Positions 23,829-37,915 of a stretch of DNA of 64,000 nt are shown piece after piece. Numbering within the stretch: position 1 is the first letter of the stretch; each line of letters starts with the position of its first letter. This stretch comes from Eledone cirrhosa (taxonomy: Eukaryota): the NCBI GenBank assembly GCA_964016885.1, contig OZ024743.1, positions 185,876,001-185,940,000 of the forward strand, written 5' to 3'. The notes below the pieces were generated by a model, which saw only the letters and a program-made list of their open reading frames with translations, was not told the origin of the DNA and did no database searches. The translations under genes and the position numbers were made by a program.

Positions 23829-26124
23829 GTTTAACGTCCGTGTTCCACACTTGCATGGGTTTGGACGGGGGTTTTCCCACTTGAGGCAAGAGTGATTGTC
23901 TTGCTCGCATAGGACTGTCTGGCGGGTTTTCTACAGCTGGATGCCCTTCCTAACACCAACCACATTTACAGTGTGGGGCTGGGAGGTTTTTACCGTGTTG
24001 CCTACACGGCCACATTACAGCGTGGACTGTCTGGCGGGTTTTCTACAGCTGGATGCCCTTCCTAACACCAACCACATTTACAGTGTGGGGCTGAGAGGTT
24101 TTTACCGTGTTGCCTACACGGCCACATTACAGCGTGGACTGTGTGTTTTTTTGTCGTGACACCTACACGATCTCATTTGTTTCGGCCTGGATGTTGTGGC
24201 ACCAACATAACTTTACATCGAAAGGGGCGGTGTGGATGGGGTGGGGGTGGTGGGACGGGGGTGTATTTTGTTAGAGATGCCTACTGACTGTAGTAGGTTT
24301 TACTTTGTATTTAGGTAAGGCGGGTCTTCTCTATTACTGAGTACCGCCAAAGGTCTCGGTCCAGTGACATTGTCTTGGAGAGGTGTAAGTGTGTGAGGTC
24401 GGAATTTATCAGCTCGTCCCAGGTTTTTCTGGGTCTACCTACTCCGTAGCTACCATCTATCTTTATTGCCCTGCACTTTGTTATACAGCTGTCGTCTTTC
24501 ATGCGCATCACGTGACCATACCAACGTAGCCTTCTCTCGAGTAAACAACATCTGATCCCTCTTATTTCTAATTTTTTCCTTAGTTTGCTTATGCTTTGCC
24601 GTTCACGTATGTTACTATTACACATCCAGCGGAGCATGCAAGCTTCGTTCCTCTCTAGTCTGCGTATATCCTCTGCACACAATGCCCAGGTCTCACTGCC
24701 ATGCAACATTGCTGTTCGTATGCAGGCATCATACAACCTGCCTTTCATTTTTAGGGAGAACCCTTTAGTGGCTAATAGTGGTATAAGCTCTCTGAACTTT
24801 TTCCATCCAGTTCTGACTCTAGCTACTGTACTTTCAGAGCACCCTCCCCCACTGCTGATTTTGTCACCTAGGTAACGTAAGCTGTCCGCTATTTCTATAG
24901 AACCCTTTCCGCAATTGAAAGATCTAGTATTTTGTGGGCACTTGCTGCTACTTATTGCACCAGAGCACCGGCCACATGTAAAATCTATGTTCTTAGTTAG
25001 CTTACCTGTGATCCCACTACATCTTTTATGCACCCATACTTTGCATTTGGGACATAAAATGGAGTTTCTACCTACACCTTTCCTACACACTGAGCATGGC
25101 CGTTTCCCGGAAGGGACCGTCGCCTTATTTTCTTTCCTACAAACTAGAACTTTAGTCTTAGCCAGGTTAATTTTAAGTCCTTTTGATTCTAGGCCATGCT
25201 TCCATGTTTGGAATTTCTTCTCTAGCTCGGCCATTGATTCAGCTATGAGCGTTAGATAATCTGCGTATAGGAGTTCCCATGGGCAGCCGGTCTTGAACTC
25301 CACTGTTATAGCCTGAAGGGCAATAATAAATAGTAGGGGGCTAAGAACAGAGCCCTGATGTACACCAACTTTTACACTAAACTCTTCACTATATTCGTTG
25401 TTAATTCTAACCTTGCTGACTGTTTCTTTATACATGGCTTATATAGCTCTCACAAGACATTCGTCAACACCTAGTTTTCTAAGAGCCCACCAGATAATGG
25501 AACGGGGGACTCTGTCGAAGGCTTTCTCCAAGTCAACAAAAGCTAAGTATAGGGGTTTACTTTTAGCTAGGTACTTCTCCTGTAGTTGTCGTACAATGAA
25601 AAGAGCATCTGTGGTACTTTTGCCTGACACAAAACCGAACTGCATTTCATCTAGATCAATTCTCTCTCTGATTAGTTGCGCTATAACTTTTTCCGTGACC
25701 TTCATGACCTGGTCAATTAATTTAATGCCTCTATAGTTACTCCTATCTAGGGCATCTCCTTTGCCCTTGTAACAGTTAATGATGATGCTGCTACACCAGT
25801 CCTTCGGAACAACCCCATTCTGTATGACTTGGTTTACTATCCGGGTGACTATGATGTGTCCCACCGTTCCAGAGGCTTTCAGCATCTCAGCAACTATTTC
25901 CGAAGGCCCAGCCGCCTTACCCATCTTCATATTTTTGATTGCCTTACTTATTATACTACCTTCGACTAACACTGCCGGTCCCTCTATTGGGTCGATGTGG
26001 GGGAGACTGTCTTTCTCCCATTTATTCTCCTCATTTAGTAGCCTTTCGTAGTGACACTTCCAAGCTACCTTTTTATCAGCGTCAGTGATGGCAAGTACAC
26101 CATCATCATTAAGTACACACTTCT
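23797..26124 (-). mobile_element. 5'-truncated RTE LINE (subfamily 2)
   Basis: ORFs 25439..25972 and 24311..25435 cover RT, PHD and C-terminus; (GAT)n tail; ~112-bp tandem duplication in the 3' UTR; possible TSD ctaatat. Confidence 0.95.
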
Positions 26125-29100
26125 AATATACATTCGTATACAATTCTAATATACATTCGTATAAAGAGATCATTTAAAACAACTTTACTGAGTGAACAAT
26201 ACATTCTATAGTTGTTTCTATTTCGGAAAGAGTGTGGTGTGTAATAATTGTTTCTACTTTTGGCACAAGGCCAGCAATTATTTCAGTGCATTACTGGTAC
26301 TTTATTTTATCGTGTGGTGTGTAATAATATCACTTCAAATGCCTAGAAAACGTTCCAGATCATTATATGGAAGGTCATCTTCAGAGGCTAAGAGAAAGAA
26401 AACACAGCAATCTGAAGAAAGTGAAGAAATTCGGCATGCCCGTCTAGCTGCTAACAGAGCCCAAACAGCTTTAGCACGAGCACACCGTTTGGATGAAAGG
26501 GAACAAAGGACTGCTGCTACACGAGAACAATAAATTAAGGAACAGCAGCAAATCAGACGAAATGCTAATCAAGCACATCGTTCTACTGCCCGAGCAAGAG
26601 AACAAGCCACAAGTAAAATGAACTGGCTGATGGATGCTTTTTCTTATGACCCCCCAAAAGGACTACATCAGTAATCCACAAATCAACATTGGGAAAATGA
26701 ACAAATGCTGCCAGTATTGTGGTGCCAAGAAGTGGGCCGCAGAAACATCAAGTCTATGCTGCTCAAAAGGCAAAGTGAGCCTTAAAACAATACAAGAACC
26801 TTCTGAATTTCTGAAGAATCTGCTCCTTCAGCATATACCAGAAGCACGACACTTCAATAAATACATCATAAAATATAATTCTGCCTTTTAAATGACATCT
26901 TTTGGGGCTGACAGGAATGTGACTGACTTTAGATTCTGTACAACTTATAAAATTCAGGGACAGTGTTACCACTTAATGGGTGGCCTTCTACCACTTTCAC
27001 AGGAGCCTCACAAATTTGTGCAGGTTTATTTCATGGGTGGAAATGAAACACAGGCACAACAAAGATGTACCAATGTCCATGGTGGATTGCAGTTCTACAT
27101 AGTCATAAAGTTACAAGAAATGCTTCACCAACATTACATGTACGTCAGTGTAATTAAATATGCACTGGAGCATATGAACAACACCAGAAATCGTAAAATC
27201 ATCATTAGGACAGACAAACGCCCAGCTTCAGAACATGAATGCAGATTCAATGCACCTGAAGTTGCAATCATAATGGTTGATGAACAGCATGAATGACGTG
27301 ACATTGTTTTGCGAAAACGAAGTGGACATTTGGAGCGAAACTCATAGAACCTATGATTCACTCCAATATCCGCTCATCTTTTGGAATGGTCAAGATGGAT
27401 ATCATTTTCAGCTGCGGCAGATCAGCCCAGGAACGGGACAAGAAACTGGCTGATCAATCAGCTGCAAAGAATTCTATGCTTAACATTTCATGGTACGTGA
27501 TCACTTCAACCAAGTTCTGTGATTCAAAGAAGTAACCAGCCAGTTCATGGTGGACATGTATGCCAAAATTGAAACAGAAAGATTGGGTTTTCTGCGAAGG
27601 AATCAAACTAAGTTGAGGGCAGATAACTACATCCACTTTAGAGATGCCATCAATTTTGATGTTGACCCAAGAAATATTGGCCAGCCAGTCATACTACCAT
27701 CAAGCTTCACGGGAGGACCACGTTACATGCATGAACGTACGCAAGATGCAATGGCCTATATCAGAAAATTTGGTTGGCCAGATCTCTTCATTACATTTAC
27801 ATGCAATTCAAACTGGTCAGAAATATCAAATGAATTATTTCAAAATCAAAAACCAAAGGATCGACATGACCACATTGCTTGGGTTTTCCATGAAAAGCAA
27901 AAAAAAAACTCATCTGGCTCCTAAAAGAAGGAAGAATCTTTGGAGAGGTTAGTGCTTGGATGACCACTATTGAGTGGCAGAAGAGAGGTCTTCCTCACTC
28001 TCACACACTAATCTAGTGCAAGGAGAAGATAAGACCAGATGATGTTGATAAGATCATTTCAGCAGAGTTGCCTGATAAAGGTGGTGATCCAGAGCTCTTT
28101 GAAACCATCAAGTCCAAATTCATTCATGGTCCATGTGGAGTCATCAATCCAGCCTCTCCCTGCATGAAAAATCAAAAATGCAGCAAACATTATCCTAGAG
28201 CTTTTATTCGGGAAACTCGGACTGACAATAATGGATACCCCCTTTATCGTAGGCGTAGACCAGAACATGGAGGTAATAATTGTTTCTACTTTAGGCACAA
28301 GGCCAGCAATTACCCAGTGCATTACTGGTACTTTATTTTATCTACCCCGTAAGGATGAAAGGCAAAGTCAACCTCGGCGGGATTTGAACTCAGATCGTAA
28401 AGGGACATAACTATGCTGGCTAGCAGTTCGAGGAGAGGAGCCAAATATAAACAATCAGTGAGTCGTCCCACACAACAAATTGTTGTGTAAACTTTTAAAA
28501 GCTCATATCAATGTTGAGTATTGCAGCTCCGTCAAGGCAATCCTATATGTCACAAAATATATCAACAAGGGCAGTGACATGGCTACCTTTATTACTGACA
28601 AAGAACTCAATGATGGTTGACTGCATGAGGTCAAACGGTATCAAACAGGTCGATACATTTCCAGCAATGGAGCTATCTGGCGAATCTTTGGATTTGATAT
28701 CCACCAACGCCACCCAACAGTGGTCAACCCTCGCAGTCCATCTGGAAAATGGACAATGAGTGTACTTCACTGAGATCACTGCTCATCAGTTGGCACAAGC
28801 ATAACATGACACTACACTAACTGCTTTCTTTAAACTCTGCCAGAATGATGAATTTGCTCGATCCCTCCTATATGCTGAAGTCCCAACATACTACACCTGG
28901 ACAAATTGCAAGACCTGGAATTGAAGAAAGCAGGGTCATTTAGTGGAAGGTCATGAAGTCAAGTCAAGTGATGCTATTGGGCATGTTTACAATGTCCATC
29001 CCAACAACAGACAATGTTTTTATTTACGGCTACTTCTGCATACTGTTCGAGGACCAACGTCATTTGAGGATCTTAGGTACTTCAGAGGAAGGGAGTGCGC

Positions 29101-31801
29101 AACATACCAAGAAGCATGTAAACAACATGGACTCCTGCATGACAATGGACACTGAAAGAAGTGCCTAGAAGAAGCAGCAATCACTCAAGTAGCCAGTCAA
29201 ATAAGACAATTATTTTCTATTATGCTCACAGCATGTGGAATTGATGAAGCTCATCTACTCTGGCAGGAGCACAAAAACAATATGTCGGACGACTATCTAT
29301 ACCTAGCCCAAAGACATCATGGCAATATGTATATGGATTTACAATCAAGCTCTCTGTGACCTGTCCCATCGAGTTCAGGCAATGAATAGCACATTAGCTA
29401 ACTGCGGGATGCCAGAGCCAGATGAAGAAATAGAGGTAGCACAAGACATTTTTCAGGAGACAAACTACGATATTCAAGCATTGCGTAAGTTTGTGGATGA
29501 AAATGAACCTCAATTGATGGATGACCAGAAATACGCCTACCACAACATCATTGAAACCATTCAAAATGATAGGGGAGGACTTTTCTTCATCGATGCTCCT
29601 GCTGGCACAGGCAAGACATTCCTCATAAACCTCCTGCTTGCAAAAGTTCGCCAAAAGCAACATATTGCCCTTGCTGTGGCTTCAAGTGGCATTGCAGCAA
29701 CACTTCTGGGTGGAGGAAGAACTGCACACTCCATGTTTAAGCTGCCCATAGATCTCACACGGCATGAACAATCATTTTGCAACATCAAGAAGAACTCACC
29801 CAGGGGCAAGCTTCTGCAAACATGCAAGATGATAATTTGGGATGAAGCTACTATGAGCCATAAAGGAGCAACTGAACCTTTGAACCGGACGATAAGGGAT
29901 CTGAGAGAAAATAGTTGCATAATGGGAGGAGTGACAATGGTTCTTGCTGGTGATTTCAGAAAAACTCTGCCTGTAATTCTTCGAGGGACTCGAGCTAATC
30001 AGGTCAATGCCTGTCTGAAAACATCCTATCTCTGGCTCCACTTTCAGCTGCTGAGCCTTACAACCAACATGCGAGTGGACTTAACTGGTGACGAAGGTGT
30101 CAGTGAGTTTGCCATCCAACTACTAAAATTGGGAAATGGACTTCTTGAAAAGGACTCCAATGACAATATTCAGTTGTCATTTGGCCATATCATTGACACA
30201 GAACAAGAACTGATTGCCAGAGTGTTTCCAAACATTCAGACCAGGCAATGTGATCCGAAATGGCTCTGTGAACGAGCAATCTTAGCACCTAAAAATGTTG
30301 CTGTGAAAGAAATCAACAGAAGGCTGCTGGAGAGAAAATATTACCGGGAGAGAAAATATGCTACAAATCAGTTGACACAATCACTTCTCAAGACCAGGTT
30401 GTAAACTATCCAACTGAATTTTTGAACAGTCTTGAACAAGCGGAAATTCCTCCACACAACCTGATACTGAAGCTTGGAGCATCAGTTATGCTACTTCGCA
30501 ATCTGGATCCTCCAAAACTTTGTAATGACACAATACTCATCATCAAAAATATGATGTCCAATGTTCTAGAAGTTGCAATCATGTCAGGAAAATTTGCTGG
30601 TGACAATTGTTTCATTCCCAGTATACCTCTGAAGCCAACTGATTTGCCATTTGAATTTCAAAGACTTCAATTTCCGATCAGACTCACTTTTGCCATGACC
30701 ATTAATAAATCTCAAGGGTAATCATTGAAAGTCGTTGGGTTGAATCTGCAAGATCCTGTCCTTTCACATGGTCAACTCTATGTTGGCACAACAAGGGTTC
30801 GGAACCCTGATTGTCTCTTCATTGAAGAATGTTGTTTATCCAGAGTCTTTGGAATGAGCAATTTTGTAATTCCTCATTCAATGACAATACACACAGATCC
30901 TAATTCCTTAGTCATGTAGTTTGCAAGGAATTCTGAAGCCGCAAATTTACTGCATAGTGTTACTTTGGAAGAATATGCAGGCATTCCTGGGTACCTCTGC
31001 TATATAAAGTAGTATAAGTGAGGACTTTGTTGGGTAGAAATAGCAGCCAAATTTCCTTCAAATCCCACCTTACTTTCTCAGGTATGTATATATGTATGAA
31101 GCAAAAAGGAATGGTTCTATGTGATAACTTGATCTACTAGTAATATTAGCAAAATCTATTTCAAATCACAAACAACTGTCTTACACACATACATGTGTGT
31201 GCATGTATCTATGTATGTCATGTGAGCCACTATAACTGTTAGTATAGCTAATAGAAATAGAAAACAAATCTCCCTCAAACAAGATCCTACTGCCATAGAG
31301 GCAAAGATTGGTGAAAGCTACAGTGTACAAATTTAAATACACTTTCCCCGAATTACAGAAATGAGTAAGTAAATGCTTCATTCAATCATAAACCAATGCT
31401 AAATTGATTTTCTTATTTTATTTATGCTTTTTTGAATTTCAGAGGTTCAGACTGAGCAAAAAAAAAAAAAAGAAAGTAAAGGATAAATAAAAAAAATCTA
31501 AATGTATTTTTTGGGTCATGGCCTTTTCACTGACAACATACGTAATGATTCATCTATGAGTAAAGCATTATATATATGCTGACTGTAATGGAGAGCAGTA
31601 TTCAAAAAATCACCACTGGAAAAAACTAATATTTTTATCTAGATGATTTACTTTGACCAAATGGCAATAAATATTCTGCTACAATTCCTACTTTGGTTAA
31701 AATTCAGCAATCATATTTGAATGGTCAAATATTTTGTAATGTGTGCCAAATATATTATAACTTTCATAAAATACCCGGATATCACCGGGTAGCTCAGCTA
31801 G
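26125..31801 (+). mobile_element. Decayed autonomous Helitron (Rep/HUH + PIF1-like helicase)
   Basis: CQYCGA..W..CCSKG zinc finger, FTGGPRYM, PDLFITFTCN, EWQKRGLPHSH, YVTKYINKG, DAPAGTGKT, IIWDE, GDFRKTLPV, TINKSQG, HGQLYV. 3' hairpin tacccgg..ccgggta then CTAG|T at 31798-31801. Many stops; the 5' boundary is uncertain. Confidence 0.95.
28275..28420 (-). mobile_element. Nin/Deu SINE inserted in the Helitron Rep region
   Basis: Reverse complement of the Nin core and B-box, interrupting the coding frame after YRRRRPEHGG. Confidence 0.8.
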
Positions 31802-32268
31802 TATAATATAAAAGAAAGATGTTTATTGGTTGAATCACACGAAAACTGTACATGCACCTTGGAACATTACCAGAACAATTATCACATTACATCCACCATA
31901 AACTTCATAGAAACTGCTTTTCATACCCAAGCATCTCTGTCTGCTTAATATGCTTTTATACCTGTATTGTATTATGTGATACCTTTGCCATACTGTGATA
32001 TATATATGCTTAGCACCATTGCTTGTTTCTTACCTGGTTATTCTGTACATGCCTAACACATCTACACTCTTTCTATATGCTTGCATATGTATTGCTAATG
32101 TCCTCATTTTGCGAGTAACTTTCTTCTTTAATTCCTCTATAATTGTTGTATTATTCTTGTATAATCTTTGTCGCATCCATTGATACTGACCACATCAGCT
32201 TCACTCTTTAAATATGACACTGTTAATGACAACACTAACATCTATGTATCTATAACAAAATACTGGAT

Positions 32269-32641
32269 TGTATGAATACAACAGGAGACGTGGTTGTGTA
32301 TATAAAGTTTAATTAACAAATTGCAGTTATGTAGAACAGAATGGTTGACAAGTCAATGAAAGTAGATGAAAGAACGAAGTAAAGTTATTTGTTACAGTTT
32401 TGAAGTTAGCTCGCAAGAGGCCATGTTAGGGTTGCCAGATGAACACGCCTGGCCGAAGGGCCAGGCAGGTTAGAAGGCCAGGAGCCAAAAGGCAAATGAG
32501 AGGTAGAGAGCTGAAAGTTATTCCCTTTATAGGTCCTGGGACGGAAGTGACAAAAAGGGCTCTGCCACCCCAACGGGAAGCAACTCCAGTTACTTCCTGT
32601 CTAGAGAGCGTTACTCTATTGGTGATGTGATCATCACAACA
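32269..32641 (-). mobile_element. Possible solo LTR
   Basis: TG...CA ends, minus-strand TATAAA and AATTAAA, GC-richer than the flanks; no TSD found. Confidence 0.4.
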
Positions 32642-32802
32642 AGGGAGGCAACTCTTGCTACATATCTTTACGATTGTTCTGTGGAATAGGAGGTTAATTA
32701 TATGTCTAAACTTTGCTAGTGCTCCGATGATTCCAAACGAAAGTTTGGAAGAAACGATTGTCAGCAATAAAATCTTTTGAACATAGTTTTGATTATTCTG
32801 TC

Positions 32803-32872
<70 letters not shown>

Positions 32873-32977
32873 ATATACACAGATAATTTCATTTATTATA
32901 TGCATGAAACTCATGGCACTCAAGTCACTGGTATATATTCATAGTTATCATCATCATCACATCATGCTTTAATGCAT

Positions 32978-33689
32978 TGTAGCGGATAAAATGTAACACC
33001 AGTTGTAGTGAATAGTTGGTATTCTTTTGATGGTAGTTTTGATGAAAAAAATAATGCCATGATTGAGTTAACAACGTTTATTTATTAATAACAATATTCA
33101 CTTTGAACAGCGAGTAATATTATTTATGACATGAACCATTGCTACATTAAATTGCTAGCTGCTACGAGCTAGGGTAAATGCATGTATCTCAGAAGACGGT
33201 GATGTAAAAGTTGTGATGTGTCTTACAGATACAATATGACAGGAAGACTAAAGAATAGGTGAAGCATAGAATGTAAACAATATGAACTTACTATGTGTGT
33301 GTGTGTACCTATTCTTAGAATATATTCTTCTTCTCAAGGATGCTGCTTCATGTCTGGCTGCCTGGCTGTGTCTGTGACTGATAAGGTGGAAACCAGTAAA
33401 GGCCAGGACAGAGAAGGGATAAAAGGTCAACTGATGCTGACTGCTGCTTCGGGTCTGTCTTGGGTTCCTTAACTCCTTGTATTTATAATAACCTTATAGT
33501 TAGATGGATGGATATATGAGGTTGATTTATGATCAGGCATGTGATTATTGTCTCCCAAGAAGCTGGGGTCACAGGTCATGTGGAATGTACATTTATCATC
33601 GCTGTCTTTGACAATATAGTCCCAGAGGCGAGAAACCTCAGATTCACTTTCGAATCTTTGCCGGTAAAACATAGGAGTATTCCGTTATA
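32978..33689. mobile_element. Solo LTR (~712 bp) with 4-bp TSD
   Basis: Termini TGTAGCGGA...TCCGTTATA, GCAT duplicated on both sides, and it splits an RTE-type (CAT)n tail that resumes after it. Confidence 0.75.
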
Positions 33690-34807
33690 GCATGTTCTTC
33701 CATGTTGGCGTGGGTTGGATGGGTCATCACAGATCAAATTAGTATTTAATTGAAGCTACTGTCATCCCAGATGAGCCGGGCGGCTGCATCTCACATGCAT
33801 TCAAGCTTTAGCATAGTATCTACAAATGGATGCCCTTCCTTACACTAACTACTTTACTGAGTGTGTTGGGTACTTTTTATCATGGCTTCAATACAAGAAA
33901 GGTTGTCATATCTTTGACATAACTAAAGAGTTCTCTCTGTCTTTTGGCATGGTTTTGATGGTTGGATGTGCTTCCTAACACTAACAACTTAATAGGGTTG
34001 TGGTGCTGTAGGTCACACACTGGAAGCGAAAGGGGTAAGTGTTCTGTCATCAGTGGGAGGGAGCAAGATCAAAGGATCTTTCACATGACATCTGTCACGT
34101 GTCTTACACTGTCTTTACAAAAATCTAATTTCTGACCATAGTAGAGTAAGTCTCATTCTCGGGTTACGCAGCTAGATATAGACACGACAAATGAGAGGTC
34201 CCTAATGTTGAATGTGATCTGTGTATATACCACAAGAGTGTATTGAGTGCATTTTATCATGACACAATTGCTTTCACTTTACAGAGTGTACTAGGTGCAT
34301 TTTATCGAGGTACCAGCACTAACACTTAGCAGAGAGTACGAGGTGCATGGGCAATCGTCGTGCCTTCAACAAGGCGAAAAGAGACGGCAATGAGGGAGGG
34401 AAATAAGAAAATAAAAATGATTCTACATTCATAGCTGAAAGCAATAATGGCAAAGCCTATTAGAGAACAGTTTTTTTTTTATTTTTTATCTAACGGTTAA
34501 GATTTTTGTAGGTGACGATACGCGTTTTAATTTTTCTAAACTTTACACAATCTTCGAATTTTATTAAGTTATTATTTCAATAGAAAGACGAAAAAAAAAA
34601 CCACCCTATCCAACTGATCACACAAAATGATCTATCTGTCAATTTTGTGTGTTTTATGAAGACAAGTTAGAATAATTTCTTATATAGAACACCATAAAAT
34701 AAGATTTAAAAATGCGCCACCGATCTCTGTTAAAAGAAGTAATAAAAGCGGGTGCAGTTAAGAGTAAAATACATCAAATTAGAGTAATCTCCCTTGTTTT
34801 GTTAATC

Positions 34808-34834
34808 ATGGCGCGTCATTGGGCTTACGGACAA
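34808..34834 (+). CDS. PEF1: Peflin-like gene, first coding exon (MARHWAYGQ)
   Basis: atcATGG start context, CAA|GTAAGT donor, phase 0 matching exon 2. Lies in a locally CpG-richer non-repetitive region; peflins start with a short Y-x-Q first exon (recall). Confidence 0.7.
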
Positions 34835-36439
34835 GTAAGTTAAATTTTTGTTTAGGCTCATTGTGCTGCGTTGTCCGATTTGAGTCAGAAAGAAAGATAT
34901 AAAAAAAAAACAAATAACCAAAAAGCCGAGTTTACTGTTGAAATGGTACACGCTTTAATATATTGGTAACAATTCTGATATTTCAACTGAATGACGGCTT
35001 TCGACAAATATTCTCTATATATCTCTTCTTTCTCATCTAAATTTTGATTTAGTAATTTACGTTTGTATGTTTTATTTTCTGGTGAAATTATTGTAATAGT
35101 ATAAAGGCTTTCTGGAAGACTTGTTTTCTCAGAACATTTACTTTCATTTGACCTTAAACAAATTAATAGATGATTTTGAATTTTTAAAAAATTTATTGAA
35201 GAGTTATTTTAAAAACAAAAGAAATACTTATATTTATGGTCTAAATATTGTCAAGGAATTTGATTTGCAATTTGTTTCAAATTAATGAAATAATTTATCA
35301 TTTCATGGGATTAACGATTTTGAATTGAGAATAGTGTTTTTTTATTCCATTTTTTAAAAAGACGTTCTAATTTCTAAATTATATATCTGAAAATTATAGT
35401 AACTGAGATGACATTGCAATAAATTTCAAATAATGTTTATGAAGCAGCCATTAAAAGCCATTCATTTGGTGTGTCAATTTTACGCATGAAAATCATAAAT
35501 TTGAAATGTTCACCGAGAAACAATACATTGAAATAAAGACCTAAACATCTTTATCAATCAGGGTTTCTTTTGTTTTTGTTGCTTTTCCAACCCATAATGT
35601 TTTTTTTTAAACTGACACGAATGACCATCAACCATTTTGAAGAGATGATTTATATCGTTTTTAAACATACGCGAATGTTTTTTTAAATATTTGAAGAAAT
35701 ATAACCCATAGAATTTTTTCTCAATTTACTGCACATAATTAGCTTGTTTTTTTTATTCTATATCACTAATTAATATAAATTTATATTGGCCTCTCAAGTA
35801 CGCGCATTTTTAAGTGCTGTTAGAATGGCTAGTATGTTAAACATTTTTTTAACCCTTTTAATACCAACCCGCCCTGATTTTTATGATACATAACGGCTCT
35901 TTTAAAAATGTTCTTACTTATATTAAACTCTTCCATTATAATTTTAAGAATTACTTGAGTGATGTTTAGAACATCTGTTTACAAATCAAAAAGGTTAGTT
36001 ATCTCATTAAATTCTTCAAATTTACAAAATTAATTGATACACAGGCAGTGTATTTCATTAGAAACATGGTAACAAAAGGTTTGATTTTCCTACACGTATA
36101 GTAATCTTCAAATTCATAAATGTACGACTTGTTAGGAATTTGTTTTTAAACAGATGGAAGCTAAACTTTATTGATAATTACTTGAAATCTATTGTTTTTT
36201 GTAGTTGGTAATATTTAGTGACTTTATTTCAAGCTATAAATTTAGTGCACTTGAACTTATTCCATTCAGTCTAAGATCCTACTACATTACTTGTATATAT
36301 TTGTTTTTGTTTTTTATTTTTACATTTATATACTAGCTACACAATTCATTCCTACATGCATACGATGAAAGTCTCCCACCATAATTTTAATTATTCCTCA
36401 TTTAGTCTTAAACTTCTGTAGATTCTATCGAATTTTTGT

Positions 36440-36870
36440 TTCTCATTATCTCTGACTATATTTCCATATGTACGCGCTAACAGAAATGGAAGAAATGGGA
36501 TTATGTAGCTGATTAGTTGTGATTGACAGGGAACCCGAGCGATAAGCTTTTATGAGGTCACTCAACCCGCAAGAAATAGCAGCTAAATCATCATCATAAT
36601 CAAGCTCTACCCTTTTAGAAAAAAATGTACATTTAATAATGTGGTCTTTGATGCATTTTGGATGAAAATAAGTCATGGCTGGAATGGTTTTGATGACAAG
36701 TTTGTCGTAACCAGTGATGAACTGGGGTTAATAAACAACTGGGGGACGATATCCGTGGAGTTGTTTGATCAGTTTGAAGATTTGTAAAGTCTATCGGATC
36801 GACTTTGCTAAAGGCTTTGTTGATATCGAATACAGCAACTTTTTCTCCATTGCTTAATACTTGGTTATTC
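36440..36870 (-). mobile_element. Old CR1/L2-like LINE RT remnant
   Basis: VAVFDINKAFSKVD and YDDDL-like degenerate RT motifs. Confidence 0.5.
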
Positions 36871-37199
36871 ATAGATATATAATTTTCATTGCATTAATGT
36901 CCAATTTTGCATTTTGTGAATTGCCAGTTTTAGTGGAATGTTAGATAAACTGCTGTTTCAGTATTTGTTCTGACTCTTACCATTTTAAGTTCCAATCCTG
37001 CCTGGGCCAACTTTGTTTTCAATCCTCCAAGGTCGATAAAATAAAGTACCAGTCAAGTACAGGTGTTAATTTAATTAACGTTGCCCTTCCCCCGAATTTG
37101 CTGGCTTAGTTTAAAGCTTAACCCTCTTGTTATTCTATTTCTAATTGAAATACAGTGAAAATAATCAAGAATATAACCATTTCATTATTCAGCTGGTGA

Positions 37200-37600
37200 T
37201 AGGGTGGTGGATTGGGAGTATTGGACAACATGCGTTACGGTATACAGTTACGTCCCTTTACTTTGAGTTCAAATTCCTCCGAGGTGAACTTTGCCTTTCA
37301 TCCTTACGGGGTCGATAAAATAAAGTACCAGTAATACACTGGGATAATTGCTGGCCTTGTGCCAAAAGTAGAAACAATTATTCAGCTGGTGATAGGGTGG
37401 TGGATTGGGAGTTTTGGACAACATGCGTTACGGTATACAGTTACGTCCCTTTACTTTCTGAGTTCAAATCCCGCCGAGGTTAGCTTTGCCTTTCATCCTT
37501 ACGGGGGTGATAAAATAACGTACCAGTAACGCACTGGGGTAAATTTAATCGACTTTACCCTCTCCTCTAACTGTTGGCCTTGTGCCTAAATCAGAAAACA
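37200..37600 (+). mobile_element. Tandem dimer of Nin/Deu tRNA SINE
   Basis: Two near-identical units starting atagggtggtggattgggag, separated by the repeat attattcagctggtg. Confidence 0.85.
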
Positions 37601-37697
37601 TTAAGCTGGTGTTGGAGTAATTCTAAGCTTTTCAAATAAAACGTTCCCAGTACAACGCCCTGATGTAATTGGCATTAATAGACTAAAACGTTTAGTA

Positions 37698-37915
37698 TTA
37701 ACCATGTAGCATTTACATTACTCTATAATTACTATTGTATTATCACATTAAAGGCTTTATTTTACATAATTATCTCACATGATATTGAATCTATGAGATT
37801 TTGATATCATTTATTTTGAGAACAATGCCAGTTACCAGTATGAGTGGCCAGTTACAGCCAGTTTGAACAGAAAGAGGTGAGAGAATTATGGCCGGTTTAA
37901 ATGCTAAAGGGTTAA
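37698..37915 (+). mobile_element. piggyBac-like MITE, copy 2
   Basis: TTAA flanks; homologous to 5217-5441. Confidence 0.75.

Noticed and set aside
34808-34834. MARHWAYGQ as a carbonic anhydrase N-terminus (HWGY)
   Set aside because: No further carbonic anhydrase exons were found; phase and sequence fit the downstream peflin exons.
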